Assembly (NCBI GenBank): GCA_050273025.1
Contig: CP158635.1
Coordinates: forward strand, 9,052,001-9,116,000
DNA length: 64,000 bases
DNA from: Cenococcum geophilum
Taxonomy: Eukaryota
Direction of reading: 5' to 3'
Positions 62,167-64,000 of the stretch are shown one piece after another. Position 1 is the stretch's first letter. Each line of letters begins with the position of its first letter. The position numbers were made by a program, and so were the translations under genes. Below the pieces are notes generated by a model. That model did not search any database and was not told the DNA's origin. It saw only the letters and a program-made list of their open reading frames with translations.

Positions 62167-64000
62167 CTAAGTTAGCCTAGTTTAATAATAAATTTAACGA
62201 AACTAGTCTTCCTTATAAAGAACTTATATTTCTTAATTGCTACTAGTATTTGTTCTTTTTATAGTCTCTTTAAGACCTATTTAACGTGTTCCCTGTATTT
62301 TTCCTTAGTTATTAAGTAGATAATAATAATATTAAGATATACCATAACAAATTAATTTAAGTATTCTCCTAATATATTGTTAATATACTTTTAAAATATT
62401 ACTAGTATATTTATAAGCCCGAATTATATAACTAATAGTTTATATAGTCCTTCTTTTAATTTAAAGGCTGCTTTTTATTTATTGCCTTCCTTAATCCTAA
62501 TCTAATAGTACGCCCATCTTAGATCTATCTTTATAAAGATTTGCATATTACCTATCCTATTTTAAATTTCGCTAATTAAGGGTAAAGGATACGTATCCTT
62601 CCTAGTAATGCTATTTAACTATTTATAGTTAATACACAGCCTTAGTTTACTATTTTTCTTTAGTATAAATAGTACTGGATATCCCGCTGATAACTATAAT
62701 AGTCTAATATATCCTTTTTATAGATTTTCTTAGATAAACTCCTTTAATGCTCTACCTTCCTCTTTAGTAAGCTTATAGATTAGAAAGAACCTTAGACTTA
62801 TTTCTAGTTCTAATTCTATTTTATAGTTCTATGCTATATACTTTAATAGCTTTTTACTTTCTGGTAACTATAGTTTCTTGCCGTATTTATGGTATCTTTT
62901 TAATACGTAGCTTATCCCTTTTTCTGTTTCTTCGTAAGTTGCCCCTACTTAGTACTATACTATCTTAGCCTATTGTTATATCTTACGGCGTTAAGTATCC
63001 CTACTATTAACTTAACCTATAAACTAATTAATTTTTGGATTATATTCCTATAACTAAGGCATTCCTAGTACTGCCTTATTATTCCCTAATAGTAATATAT
63101 TAAAAGACATCTTAATTCATCTCCCTTTAATAGTTAACCAAATAGGTTCTGTTTTAAGATTAATAATACCTCCTCTATAGGCTATTAGATCTCCTAAAAT
63201 TGTTACTAATAGGTAAGGATGCTCCTTTTTCCTATATAGTAAACCTATTCTTTTTAACTGCTGCTAGTAAGATATAGTTCCTTATTACTCTACTATCTAT
63301 TAGCGCCTTAAACTATTAATCTTACTACTTAACTTATAAGTTTAAATATTGTCCCTAAATTTCTTTAAGGGTCTAAGGCTTTATTACTAGTTCCCTCTAA
63401 TTTTATAGGCCTCTACTTTTCCTAACTATTAGCTACTTAATCCTGTTTATACTTAGTCCAACTTTAGCCAATACTTAGTTTACTTTTTATCTTTAATATA
63501 CTATAGATATATATTCTCTAAGTATTCCCACTACTATTATCTATTTAGGCATTCTTCCGTAAGGAATCTTCCTAGCTAAAGTATTAAGTCCCCTTATTTT
63601 TATACTTTTACTAAATGCTAACTATATATATATTTAGCGTTTCTATACTTTGCCTTATTATATATTTAATATATTCTTCTTAAATACTTATAATACTTAT
63701 CCTTAGGTGCTTTATATATATTATATATATTATCTATATATGCGATTTATACTAATATATAATATACTTAGTATCTTAGGTTAACTCTTAGCTTGTTCTT
63801 ATTCTTAAGTTTAAACCTTTCTTATATTAATCTAAGCGTTGCAACTTTATTTATAAATACTAAAATTTATCTTTTACTTCTCTAGTCCTCTAATTACTCC
63901 TTTAGATATTTTAATATTATAATTAAGGCTCCCTTAATATAAGTTATAACCTTTTCTATAATTAGGTGGTCTTAGATAACTTTTTTATTCAGCTATATAT

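Larger units (their letters stand above)
1..64000. other. RIP-mutated AT-rich repeat compartment of a filamentous ascomycete
   Basis: TpA is in strong excess and CpA/TpG is scarce. Paralogous copies differ mostly by C>T and G>A changes (e.g. LTR start TGTTACGG vs TATTACGG). Recognisable frames are broken mainly by TAA/TAG at Gln/Trp/Arg positions. Confidence 0.97.
52751..64000 (-). mobile_element. Gypsy family A copy A3, inverted, inserted in the A1 protease, interrupted by Copia copy 2, running off the window
   Basis: Reverse-complement LTR at 52751-53183 and PPT. Reverse-complement pol at ~53900-56056 and 62172-63380 rejoins across the CTAAG duplication. The gag extension continues to 64000. 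Confidence 0.94.

Overview
This 64-kb window is AT-rich filamentous-ascomycete DNA heavily altered by repeat-induced point mutation (RIP): TpA is in excess, CpA/TpG is depleted, and reading frames are full of TAA/TAG stops. No intact protein-coding gene is supported, and the supplied ORF track consists of pseudogene fragments or antisense artefacts. There are three zones. (1) 1-4694 holds a Ty1/Copia element inserted into a Ty3/Gypsy element, which also carries an un-RIPed 324-bp MITE. (2) 4695-35012 is a ~30-kb gene-dense but fully RIPed block of non-transposon genes (Myb/SANT, protein kinase, F-box/ankyrin, two MADS/SRF-like, PAM2-motif, coiled-coil and orphan genes) that resembles the cargo of a giant mobile element. 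It also contains a solo LTR, a periodic array of a 12-bp palindrome, and a 1-kb non-coding retroposon with a 5' HDV-like ribozyme fold, an (ACT)n tail and a 15-16-bp target-site duplication (TSD). (3) 35013-64000 is a nest of five LTR retrotransposons: three family-A chromoviruses, one family-C chromovirus and one complete Copia; matched 5-bp TSDs are readable for three of them. Family A has a ~1000-codon Gag and an antisense, intron-containing Zn2Cys6-like/coiled-coil gene before the 3' LTR. All protein calls come from manual translation and mental de-RIPing, not database searches.
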